64,000 bases of DNA from Eledone cirrhosa (Eukaryota). Shown in pieces: positions 13,690 to 25,174 of this stretch. The position numbers and the translations under genes are program-made. Position 1 is the stretch's first letter. Each line of letters begins with the position of its first letter. The notes below the pieces were generated by a model that searched no databases, was not told where the DNA came from, and worked only from the letters and a program-made list of their open reading frames with translations. Location of the stretch: assembly GCA_964016885.1 (NCBI GenBank), contig OZ024740.1, positions 303,738,001-303,802,000 of the forward strand, given 5' to 3'.

Positions 13690-13980
13690 AGAAGAAATGT
13701 GTGACGTCCGAACGAATATCCTCCACCTCCTACTAAATTACCCTCCGCCTCTGGGTCCGGCTGACAGGATGGAGAATACATTACCCCAGAGGACAATGTG
13801 GGAGACGTGCTGGAACAGGCACTCCACCTCATGGTGATCGCACCTGCGGGCGGCCAACTCCACTCCGATAGCAGTGAATAGGGGTGTGGTCCGGGGGCCA
13901 AGAACTCCGGAAGTCTCCACTGTTACAGGCTCATCGGTCTGGCGGACAGCAGAGACTGGGATGGTAGCTGAATGCACCAG
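13690..13980 (-). mobile_element. CRE-clade LINE 3' fragment
   Basis: VETSGVLGPRT...LFQHVSHIVLWGNVFSILSAG resembles the CRE RLE C-terminus and the 2849-3180 fragment. Confidence 0.6.
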
Positions 13981-14425
13981 ATTGCCACAACTATTCTTTG
14001 AAAGGACAATAATGAAAAGGGATGAGTTTTACAAAGGAATTCTAGCCGCAACCAAATTTCGGTCACATATTGAGGTTTTATGATTTTTTATTATTTTCAT
14101 TGCTATAAGGGTGGTGGATTGGCAGTATCGGTAGAGCGTCTGACACGCTGCTTCGCGGCATAGAGTTACAGCCCTTTACGTTCTGAGTTCAAATCCCGCC
14201 GAGGTAAGCATTGCTTTCATCCTTACGGGGTCGATAAAATAAAGTCTCGCACTGGGGTCGATTTAATCGACTTTCTCCTCCCCCAAAAGAGCAGCTATTT
14301 CTCCGAATTGAGAGATCACAGTTCCGATACCATGGGCATGTGGTTAGAATGTCTCAGGAAAAAATCGCTGAACAGATTTTGAGGGCAAAACCAACGGAGA
14401 CCAAGAAGAAAAAGAATCTACTCAC

Positions 14426-14487
14426 CTAAATTCCACAACTTCAGTACCGATGTAGTGTTCATTTTTCTCATTATACACTTCGTCCAT
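14426..14487 (-). CDS. Exon encoding SEA domain middle (MDEVYNEKNEHYIGTEVVEF-S)
   Basis: ctctctctcttcag acceptor and gtgagt donor; 62 nt, phase 0 to 2; in frame with both neighbours. Confidence 0.9.
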
Positions 14488-16801
14488 CTGAAGAGAGAGA
14501 AAAATAGAGCCTCCTTATCTCACAAGTTTAGATATAAGTAGAGAACTGACAGTGTCGTTAAGGAGCCGGATTAAAATAACTTGACATTAGTTCTGGATCA
14601 CTGAGCTCTGAGTTCAAATCCCTCAGAGGTAAACTTTGCCTGTCGTGGTCGATAAGTAAAACACCACTACAAGATAAATTCTCTCTCTCTCTATCTCTCT
14701 CTGGAAGAAATTGGATGTTTTCCAACCTGATGAGGGGGTGAGCTCCACCCATTTGTATAATGTAAGTCAACGTTGAAGTTCTCATCACTAGCATGGGATT
14801 CTTTGACTTATTCTAATTACAAAACAAAACAGTTGATTTCTATAATTATATCAATCCAAACAAAAACAGAGAATTAATTTCCATTTTGTATTAGTTTCGG
14901 TTTCCTGAGTTTATAATAAATTTAATTTTTGAGAAACAAATTCGCTATATTTTCTTCTTTTTTTTTTAATTAATTCTCATTGTTTACGTGAATTGTGACA
15001 TGTGTGAACATCGCAGCTTGAAATACTTGAAAATGTTATTTGAAATTAGGATATAACTCAAAATGTGACATTAAAAGACTCTATCAAAAGCTTTAAAGTG
15101 ATATGAAATTATTTCATCAATAAAATTGGCTAAAACATCATCACTGTCTTCTGCTTGTTTGTTTTTTATATATATATTGAAAGAATCAATTAACAAAGTT
15201 ATCCAAACAGTTTTATTTATTTCCAACCATGTGTAGCTGTCAGACGATATTAACATGCCAGCTTTGTTAGGTTTACACTCGAGTTACAAACCTACCAAAT
15301 GGATGTGATCATCTTTTGGTTTCTTCAGAAAAAGAAGCCACCAACTTCAACTTCGCAGAATGCAATGACTCGTCGAATGTCGAAACCAAATTGAAGTAGA
15401 TATGTGAATTCGGTTAAAGTATTATTTCAAGTTGTTCTGTAAAGAAAAATCGTGTGGTGTCGATTTTTGCCGTACAGGCTACATTGTAAATACTAGAGAT
15501 TATATTATATTATAAATATGAGAAAAGGTCATGTGAATTTCACTTCGTAAAATTAGCTGCTCGTCTTTGTCGACAGACTGAGTAGACGTGCTCTCAGGTC
15601 TTGAATAATCGTCCACATCCCACGCTTATTAATTTATCCGATTTTTTTTCACACACGCCCCACACTCCACACACGCTTATTGAATTTTGCTATATCTCCG
15701 AAATTTTATTGTGATTCATATTGATACAACAGCTGGAGAATCTAATAATTATTTTATTTTACATTAATAAAACATTATCTATATATATATAAAGCTGAGG
15801 ATGTGTGTGTATGTCCGTACCCACCAGTTTGCAACCGATTTTCTTCAAATTTGGAACAAACAAGTGTTATGTTCCCAGGGGTGTTTTGGACTCATAAAAT
15901 TTTCAAGTTTTGTCTAATTTGGCCCCTAGATAAATATTGGTTGGCTGGTTGCATGAAAACTACACACACACACATATATACATACATATACATCTAAAGA
16001 GAGAGAGTGAGGTAGGCCGTTATACAGAGAGAGGTACAAGATATTCAGATAGAGAGAATGATGACGAACGCTGGTTTACACACACACATATATATATATA
16101 TATAAAGACAGAGAGAGATCTGCGCGTTCTTAATTGTTCTCCATTCTGTAGAGAAAGAGAGAGAGATTATGAGAAAATGGAGAGAGAGAGAGAGAGAGAG
16201 AGAGGGGGGTTGAGAAAGAAAGAAAGAAAGAAAGAGTGACTTTAACTTTTATTTATTTATTTATTGTTTACACACTGTTCAACTCTCCTCTTCCCCAACC
16301 TTACGTCTCTTTCTCTCTCTCACTTTCACACAAGACGTACTGTGACTGCGTGTGCGTGTATGTGTGTCCGGGGAAGTTACAATGTCCGCACACATGTAAA
16401 TCGGTGGCTGATCGGCGGACGGCATTGTATCAGTTTCCAGTTGCTAATCACTTTACTGTGTCGGCCGTCACAAACAGTCATAGCCGTCATGGACTGGAGT
16501 TAATTTCTGTCGATCGATTGGTCATTGATTAGGCGATACCCGCTAATGAAGCCACATGCGCCGATTATTCATTGTTGCATAATATATGCAGACAGAGGGT
16601 GCGATGCACCCTACTGCTGCATTAAGTGTGGCCGAAACTCGAGTTCGGGAACTACTTTAAGTACCCGTTTACGTGTGTTGTATTGAAGCGAATAACTATG
16701 TGTATACTCTGGGAATGTATTTTACATCACCTATTGAGTACGCTGAGATGCAACCGGTCCTAGCATTGATACATATGCTGGGTCCGTCAACTTCTTTATA
16801 T

Positions 16802-16832
<31 letters not shown>

Positions 16833-16834
16833 AG

Positions 16835-17370
16835 AAAATTTCGCTCTACATGGCTGAATACAATAAATGTAATCTGAGTTTTTCGAATATTAATAACATT
16901 CGATTCGTTTGCAATTATGCAAACAAGCCATGTATTCAGCCATGTAGAGCGAAATTTTCTTTTTTATTTGAATTTGGCAAAGCCGGTCATTTATCGCTCG
17001 TATACAGGTAACTGACTGGCCAGTCTGCTGATATGCAAGTCTGGCTGATCAGTGGATCTGCTAATATGCAGATCTGACTGGTCAGCCAGTCTACTAATAT
17101 GCAAATCAGGCCAATCAGTCACTGTGTATTTTTGAAAATAGCATATATTTTCACTAGCTCTGACAGTTTGGTAGGTGAACAGTGAGCTGTACTGATGAAG
17201 GGTGATACTCAGAAACATTAGTGTCTGCAGTTCTGTTCCCATGCCAACATAAGGGCAAGAATGAAGTGTTCATTCTACTGACATGGCTATAAACTTGAGG
17301 CTTGTTTGCATAATTGCAAACGAATCGAATGTTATTATTAATATTCGAAAAACTCAGATTACATTTATTA
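16835..17370 (+). mobile_element. Non-coding hammerhead-bearing PLE-associated/retrozyme-like element with inverted 5' segment; copies at 49207-49457 and 60674-61159(-)
   Basis: ~440-bp unit at 16931-17370, inverted junction copy at 16835-16929, 3' end abutting (TA)n. Confidence 0.8.
17185..17232 (+). ncRNA. Type I hammerhead ribozyme
   Basis: agctgta-CTGATGA-agggt gat actca-GAAAC attagt GTC-tgcagtt; stems I-III present. Confidence 0.85.
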
Positions 17371-17374
17371 TATA

Positions 17375-17945
17375 CTAGCAGCACGGGATAAGGTATTTTG
17401 GAACGCGGGCCGCCAACAGACCCAATCGTGGAAAAATTGCATGCCTGGACAATATGTAAAGAAAATAAACCGAATACTCTGATGGCTGGATAATCTTTAA
17501 GATTTTCCTCGGTGAAGCAGGAAAAATGCAGGTTTTCACCTAATGCGGGCCCTAGGGAATCAAGAAAAAGAATTTTTTTAATGTGCATAATATGCCTTGA
17601 AATTTCGGGAAAAAGCTGAAAAAATGAAGGCCATAAAAAAGTTGGATTTTCTTTGCTCACGGTATGAAGAAGAGACTGACTAATACATAGTTACAATTTC
17701 AAGGAAATCGGTCTGACGTAACGCCTCAAACAAAAACCCTAAAAAGGTGAAAAAACGCAGTTTTTCACCTAATGCGGTCCTAGGGGATCAAAAAGTCGAA
17801 TTTTTTATGTGTATAACACTCCCTGAAACATAATTAATACACATGTAAAGTTTGAAAAAAATCGGTTGGGTACTTCTCAAGTTTTAGGGATTCAAACTCA
17901 CAGACACACACACACACACAGACAGACATCCTCAGTTTTATATAT
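17375..17945 (-). mobile_element. Non-autonomous Helitron-like element; related 5' end at 15779(+)
   Basis: Minus strand starts tatatataaaactgaggatgtctgtctgtgtg and ends ...cccgtgctgCTAG; adjacent CTAG-bounded hairpin at 17951-17987. Confidence 0.6.
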
Positions 17946-18479
17946 ATATACTAGCAGAAAACCACCCGGTGGGCGGTTTTCTGCTAGCAAATCTAGTGTA
18001 TATACTGATATTGTTGAGATTTGGATGAGAAATGTTTTCGGCACCACATATTCACCGTCTCTCGGTGTGTCTTTTATACATGTATAAATATATATGTTAT
18101 CTATACGGTGAAATCTTTGAAATAAATATATGTTAAAACGAAAAAGGAGAATAAGAGATTAGTGACGGAAATATAAACGTTATGATACATAAACGTTATG
18201 ATATAACGATGGAAATATATCTTCAAATGGTCCTTGGCATGGTGTCAAGTCAGAACCGCCTCGAACTGGTTACTTCTGGCTTGTGCAAGGTGTCTCTATA
18301 GCAACCAGCAATTCCCTCGGCCTCAGTGACCAAAGTCAGTGGAGAGGGGAAGGTAATGTTTTTATAGCGACAGTGTTTCTCTTGGTAGTACCAAAGTGGA
18401 GAAAGGAAGGGGAAAGTAATATTTCTGTAGCACCTACATTTGAGTTTTAGGGAAGGACAGACAGACAAACAGAGAAATG

Positions 18480-18491
18480 CCCATATATTTC

Positions 18492-18530
<39 letters not shown>

Positions 18531-18558
18531 TACACACACAGAAATGTATATATATTTC

Positions 18559-18590
<32 letters not shown>

Positions 18591-18710
18591 CACACAGAAA
18601 TGTATATATATTTCTGTGTGTATATATATATTACACACACAGAAATGTATATATATTTCTCTGTGTGTATATATATATATATTACACACACAGAAATGTA
18701 TATATATTTC
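18480..18710. repeat. Tandem array of ~60-bp self-complementary units (cacagaaatgtatatatatttctgtg)
   Basis: Each unit is an imperfect palindrome joined by (TG)/(TA)/(CA) runs. Confidence 0.85.
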
Positions 18711-19302
18711 TTAGAACAAAATTATTATTAATGTTTTGCTGTTCATAACAATTGGAATTGAAAAATTACTTTTGAAATTATTAGTTATTTTACTAATGCT
18801 TAGATATGTAAAAATGAAGCAATGTTTCTAATAATTGTTTCTACTTTTGGCACAAGGCCAGCAAATTACCCAGTACATTACTGGTACTTTATTTTATCGA
18901 CCCCGTGAGGATGAAAGGCAAAGTTAACCTCGGCGGTATTTGAACTCAGACCGTAAAGGGACGTAACTCCATGCTATGAAGCATGGTGTCCGACTCTCTA
19001 CAGATTCTGCCAATCCACCGCCCTAATGTCTGTACGTAATGAGGGAGTGAGAGGGGAGAGAAAGAAAGGCAGAGGTGAAGTGACGAAGTGACTCTCTCCT
19101 CCTCCTCCTCCTCCATCTCCCCATTCGTCACAGCGATAGAGGGAGGAATGTTAGTGTGTTACAAAGAGAAAAAGTGAGAGTGAGAGAAACAGACAGACTA
19201 AAAGAGAGGGATAGCTGGAGAGAGAGAGAGATAGCAACCACGCGCGCACGTGTTTCTACTGTCGGACAGACAGACAGAGAAATTGCTGGTTATATATTAT
19301 AA

Positions 19303-19386
<84 letters not shown>

Positions 19387-19421
19387 AAATAAAGATCCGA
19401 AGGCATGGTATAAATTTCCAA

Positions 19422-19510
19422 TCATTTTAATCACGACACATGTTTCAATAAGAGATAGATCGATCGTGTAGCCATGATCGATTATCACTGACCTCGTCAG
19501 GTGAAAATGA
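19422..19510 (-). ncRNA. Type I hammerhead ribozyme with long stem II
   Basis: Minus strand: tcac-CTGACGA-ggtcagtgataatcgatc...gatcgatctatctcttatt-GAAAC atgt GTC-gtga; about 40 bp from a (TA)n tract. Confidence 0.75.
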
Positions 19511-20179
19511 ATTGTCTTCAAATCCTTAATAGGAGGGAGAAAATTAACGGTGGTCATTCACAGAGTTTAGTCCCTCATATGAAGATCAAGCAGTCAGAAC
19601 ACGGCGACTGCTATCGTCCTCAGTTAGGGTCATAAAACTATCAAGTCTCCCAATAACTGTAAAAGACGCTGGACATCAATCAAATCTGTAGAATTACAGT
19701 CGGTCACAGTTAATGTGAGTGGGTACACACACACTCACACATGCATGACGCGAGGTCAAAGAAAAAAATATATATATACACATACCTTATTTCACATTGC
19801 TCCAGTTTACTCAGCTGTAGAAATGAGATGATAGGGACTGGGGTCCCTATCATTCCACTGCAAAGTGGTCGTGGAGGTGCCACGGCAAAAAAGCACCCAG
19901 CGCTCACTGTAAATGAGGTTGGTGTTAGGAAGGGCATCCAGCTGTAGAAATCAGGCCAGAATCAGTTCCAGCCCCACCCTTGCAAGCAGGGAAAAGTGGA
20001 CGTAAAATGAAATGATGATGATGATGATACCAACACAGCATCAAATCTGTTAGTATGAGTGAGTACACACACACACACACACACACTCACACACACCGAC
20101 ACGAGGTTAAAGAAAAAAGAAAAATACAAATATACCAACATAGTATGCTGTGTTGGTATGTGTATATATATTTTTTTAT

Positions 20180-21552
20180 CGGGGGGGGGAGGGGCGTTTT
20201 TTATAGGGGGTCCGTTTTTTATTTGGAGACCGTTTTTTATTTGGGGGGAGGGGTCCGTTTATATTTGGGAGGGTCCGTTTTTGATTTGGAGGGAGGGGTG
20301 GGGGTCCTTTTTTATGGGGGTCCGTTTTTTATTGGGAGGTCTGTTTTTTATTTGGAGACTGTTTTTTACTTGGGAGAGGGATGGGTGGTCCGTTTTTTAT
20401 TGGGGGGGGTCCGTTTTTTATTTGGAGACCGTTTTTTATTTGGGGGAAGAGGTGTGGGGGTCCATTTTTTATGAGGGGGCGTTTTTTATTGAGGGGCTCC
20501 GTTTTTTATTTGGTGACCGTTTTTTATTTGGAGTCCGTCTTTTATTTGGGGGAGGGGTGGGGGGGTCCGTTTTATATTGGGGGAGGTCCGTTTTTTATTG
20601 GGGGGGTCCGTTTTTTATTTGGAGACCGTTTTTTATTTGATGGGTCCGTTTTTTTATTGGGCGGGATCTGTTTTTATTTGGAGACCTTTTTTATTTGGGG
20701 GGAGGGGTGGGGTCCGTTTTTTATGGGAGGGCCCGTTTTTTATTTGGAGACCGTTTTTTATTTGGGGGAGGGGTGGGGTCCGTTTTTATGGGGGGGGGCG
20801 TTTTTTAATGAGGGGCTCCGTTTTTTATTTGGAGATCGTTTTTTATTTGGGGGGAGGAGTGGGGTCCGATTTATATAGGTGAAGCCCGTTTTTTATTTGG
20901 GGGGAGGGGTGGTTCGTTTATATAGGGTGGGGGCGGGCGTTTTTTTATTGGGGGGTCCGTTTTTATAAGAGAGGGCGTTTTTTATTGGGGGATCCGTTTT
21001 TTATTTGGGGTGGTCCGTTTTTTTATTTGGGGTGAGGGGTGGGGGTTCCGTTTTTTATTGGGGGATCTGTTTTTATTTGGAGACCTTTTTTATTTGGGGT
21101 CCGTTTTTTATTGGGGCGGTCTGTTTTTATTTGGAGACCTTTTTTTATTTGGGGGAGGCGTGGGGGTCCGTTTTTTAGGGGGGGGGGCGTTTTTTATTTG
21201 GAGACCGTTTTTATTTGGGGGAGGGGTGGGGTCCGTTTTTATGGGGGGGGCGTTTTTTAATGGGGGCTCCGTTTTTTATTTGGAGATCGTTTTTTATTTG
21301 GAGATCGTTTTTTATTTGGGAGGAGGGGTGGGGTCCGTTTTTTATAGGGGGAGCCCATTTTTTATTTGGGGGGAGGGGTGGTGCCGTTTATTATAGGGTG
21401 GGGGCGGGCGTTTTTTATTTGGGGGGAGGGGTGGGGGTCCGTTTTTTATTTGGAGACCGTTTTTTATTTGGGAGGAGGGGTGGGCGATCCGTTTTTTATG
21501 GGGGAGGGCGTTTTTTATTGTGGAGTCCGTTTTTATTTGGAGTCCGTTTTTG
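20180..21552. repeat. G/T-skewed degenerate satellite (ccgttttttatttggaga / ggggaggggtgggg)
   Basis: Irregular tandem of ~15-30-bp units; explains the G/F-rich spurious ORFs. Confidence 0.92.
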
Positions 21553-21554
21553 GT

Positions 21555-21985
21555 GAACGAATAAATATTCTAAAGAGATTATGCAATAGCGATTGCCTAA
21601 ACACAAGAAATGAATTCTTCACACGTTGTCCACGCGTGTCGAAACACCTCTTACGTAACTACAAAGCTCCGGATTGAATTACAGCAACATCCTAATTTTC
21701 TTATCAATTAGAAATTTTTCGGACTTTCGCAGTTATCTCCCTTACACCTCTCGCACGGATTTTAGTATTGCCTGTGTGACGTGATCGTTTCTGCGCATGC
21801 GCGTTCGTACGGTTGTCCTTCTTGTTCCGTATAACCATGTTCATTACGAGCTGAGGATCCGCTAAGGTGAAACAATTGTTCTCGGTATGGTGAACTAACT
21901 GTTGTGTAACCACTTCTACCTAACTCGTCCCATGGACTGAGTGCTCTACCACTACGGATATTATCCTCCAGTGTTCTACCACTAT
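21555..21985 (+). mobile_element. Penelope-like element 3' fragment (end of GIY-YIG plus UTR)
   Basis: ERINILKRLCNSDCLNTRNEFFTRCPRVSKHLL resembles the PLE LN(K)RxE..CxH terminus; hammerhead downstream; ends at (TA)n. Confidence 0.7.
21847..21884 (+). ncRNA. Minimal type I hammerhead ribozyme
   Basis: cgag-CTGAGGA-tcc gctaa ggt-GAAACAATTGTT-ctcg; palindromic stem III. Confidence 0.8.
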
Positions 21986-22199
21986 ATATATATATATATC
22001 TTTATATATATACATATATATATATACATATATATATATACATATATATATATACATATATATACACACGACTGCTATTTAATACCCGAGCTGCTAGTAT
22101 ATCATCAAAGAAGAATATTACAAGAAATCCCATATTTATGAACATACACTATACAATTACTGATTTCCCAAGCCCCACTTCCCATTATTACCACCACTC

Positions 22200-23076
22200 C
22201 TATTATTTGGAACCCGAGAGTGCCACCAAACTCTCCTCCTTTCTATGTCTATCACACAAAACTATCTTTTAATCCCCCTCTCTGTATCTACTAAAACCAA
22301 CTCTATATCTACCATGACACCGCCTCTCTTATCCTCTAAGACTAATACACTCTCTCACTCTCTATAAATATCTACACTTATCTCTCCCCAACCCCCTCTG
22401 TATATCATTCACCCATAAACTTTCGCCCTCTCTATATTTACTACACGGCACTCTCTTCCAATCCTCCCTCTATATCAATTGACACCAAACTCTCACCCTC
22501 TCTATATCTACTACATGAACCTCTCTTCCAATCCCCCTCTATATATCAATTAAAACCAAACTCTCACCCTCTCTATATCAATAAACATCAATCTCTCCCC
22601 CTCTCTATATCTACCATATAACACTCTCTCATTTTCTCTCACTCTATCCATCACTGTCAAACTCTCCCCTCTTTATATTTATCATTACCTACCTATACCA
22701 ATTCTCCCACTCTATTCATTACCACCAAACTCTCCCTCTCTCTACATCAACCATACAACATCCCCCCAACCCTCTATATCAATTAACACCAAACTCTCCC
22801 CTGCTCTATATCTACTAGGCGGAACTCTCTTCCAAATCTCCGTCTATATATCAATTACCACCAAACTATCCCCCTCACTACATCTACCATACAACACTCT
22901 CTCTCTCTCATTGCCTCTCACTTTATCTATCACTACCACACTCTCCCCCTCTATATATCTATCAATACCTATCTCTATCAATCCTCACTCTCTATTCATT
23001 ACCACTAAACTCTCCCTCTCTCTACATCAGCCATACAACATACTCTCCCAATCTCACTCTCTATATCAATTAACAC
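22200..23076. repeat. Degenerate CT-rich satellite (ctctctatatcaattaacaccaaactctccc), resuming at 28778-28970
   Basis: Repeated motif on both sides of the Tx1 insertion. Confidence 0.85.
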
Positions 23077-23276
23077 TTGATATAGACGTGAATTACTTCG
23101 CTCCGGATTTTTACGGATTATTGTCAAAAAAAACTGAGTTCATTGCTCAATTTAATAGCATTGTTTAGTTTAACCACTTGCCTGGGCCTTCTGACGTCGA
23201 GTCAACTAATTTTCGCCCCTTTCTGGGGCGAAATTTTCATTTTCATCTCAAAACTGTGTAGACTTGGTAGTCAGCA

Positions 23277-25174
23277 ATGGATGCCATTTCCACCTCGCAC
23301 ACTGTCGTGAGTGCCACGCCCGCTGATAAAAGTGGTGGAGGGAAGGTAGGATTACAAAGCTTGCAGCCTTCCCCCCTCGCATTATCGAAAAACGTTGAAA
23401 ATATTGAAACCACGAAACCAAACCCGGTAAATAATACCAGCACCAACAACAAGAACAATGACAGTAACACCACAACCAACAACTGCAACAATAGCAACAC
23501 CAAGGAAAACATGAACAATATTACCAACAGTGACAACAACAGCAGCAACAAAAAAGACAACAACACCAAAACAACATTCGCACAGACTGTAAAAAAAAAC
23601 GAACTATACACGCCAATAGACATAACAAATGCTAAACAACTACTACAAGACGCAAAACAATTCGTGACTTTTGGCGAAAACGGTGCTTTTAGCATCAATT
23701 CTCCACAGGAATTACGCAGAGAGGCTGTCCTGAAAACCACAGTTTTCAGGACAATATCGAACGAAACAAGAAAACCAGCTCAATTATCACAAAATGAAAA
23801 TGAGCTGGTTCTACAAGATGCAATGAAGGACATAACCTTCATACAAAAAGGTAAACTGTTTGGTAGCATTTCGGTGCTAATGAACAACCAGTCAACAGCA
23901 CAAAAATACTCGGTATCACCCATTGTGTCCCCCCGCTTCACCTTTTTCCCCATATACAGGGGAAAAAGGACACAAAGAATAAAAATAATGAGTATCACAC
24001 CAAATGTAAATATTTGGTGGATACTATGTGGAATCATTGACTTTGATGAAGACAAGATAATTTCAATAGGAAAGTCCTCCGGATGTGTATTTGGTGGGAC
24101 CAGCGTAGAAATTCTGGTGCAAATGAGCCCAGAACGAATAGCGAATATCCCACAACGCGTGCCTCTGGACGGGCTAACTTATATAAACATTTCAGTGGAG
24201 GGAAGGCGGCCGTCATGTTACCACTGCTTAAGCAGGGGTCACCTGAGGGCTTCCTGTCCTCAATTAACGAGTCAAAAAAAGGCTCTTCTGCCAACCCCGA
24301 ACACAACAACACAACCACCACCACCGCCACCACCATCACCACCACAACAACAACCACAACAACACAAAACACTGTTCCACCCAACCCCTCCCCACCTAAA
24401 ACAAATACAAAAGCAACCACAACAAAAACCCAAAATATACCCCTCCCCAACAACACGGAAGAGGACTCCGTATCAACGTCACCCAGTGACGACGAGGGAA
24501 AACACTTTCAACAGGTGAAAAGGAATAAAAAAAGGCACCACATTAACAAAAATGCTACAAACACACAACTACCAGCACAAACAGAACAAACATCACAAAC
24601 AAAAAAACCCACCCCTCCCCAAAACATAACACATACTACAAAACGCAAACACGCACAAGAACAACAAACAAAAACAAACACAACACAACAAAAACTCTAT
24701 ACATACATTAACAAGAACAATAAAACTCTGATGAAAGCAATAGAAAATAACCCTTCGGTGGAAACCGAAGGGATCACTTTCACCTACGCAGCGAACAAAC
24801 CGCACCTAATGATGATTAGGGTCCCAACGGAAACCTATGTAACATTGAAAAAGGACCATCCAATGCATGTGGGGACCAACTGCACCAAACCACTTAACCA
24901 CGTCCTATTGAGATGTTTCCCCACCCCCACACCAGACACCCACACCCCACCAAACACCCTAATCCCACCACACACTGATGTCCTCACCCTACCACAACCC
25001 TTCCAACACCCCCATGGAAATTGTGCAGCCTGGTCCCCAGGAGACGAAGAGGTGAGTAATTTCCTTTTCTCTTCCTTTTTAACTCTTCAGCACCAATATG
25101 GCCAATATAAGAGTTGGATGTGTGAATGCACGCGGCCTGGGGATGTCCTGGAAACAGGGCAAACTCTTAAATGA
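23277..25174 (+). pseudogene. Tx1 ORF1 (CCHC knuckle), probably frameshifted in the CAA/CCA-rich tract near 24300
   Basis: CYHCLSRGHLRASCP; plausible continuation in the 24083..25174 frame. Confidence 0.8.

Noticed and set aside
15296-15436. Possible minus-strand exon
   Set aside because: Stops in all three frames.
20055-21677. Gly/Phe-rich ORFs
   Set aside because: G/T satellite lacking stops; only the last ~40 codons are PLE-like.
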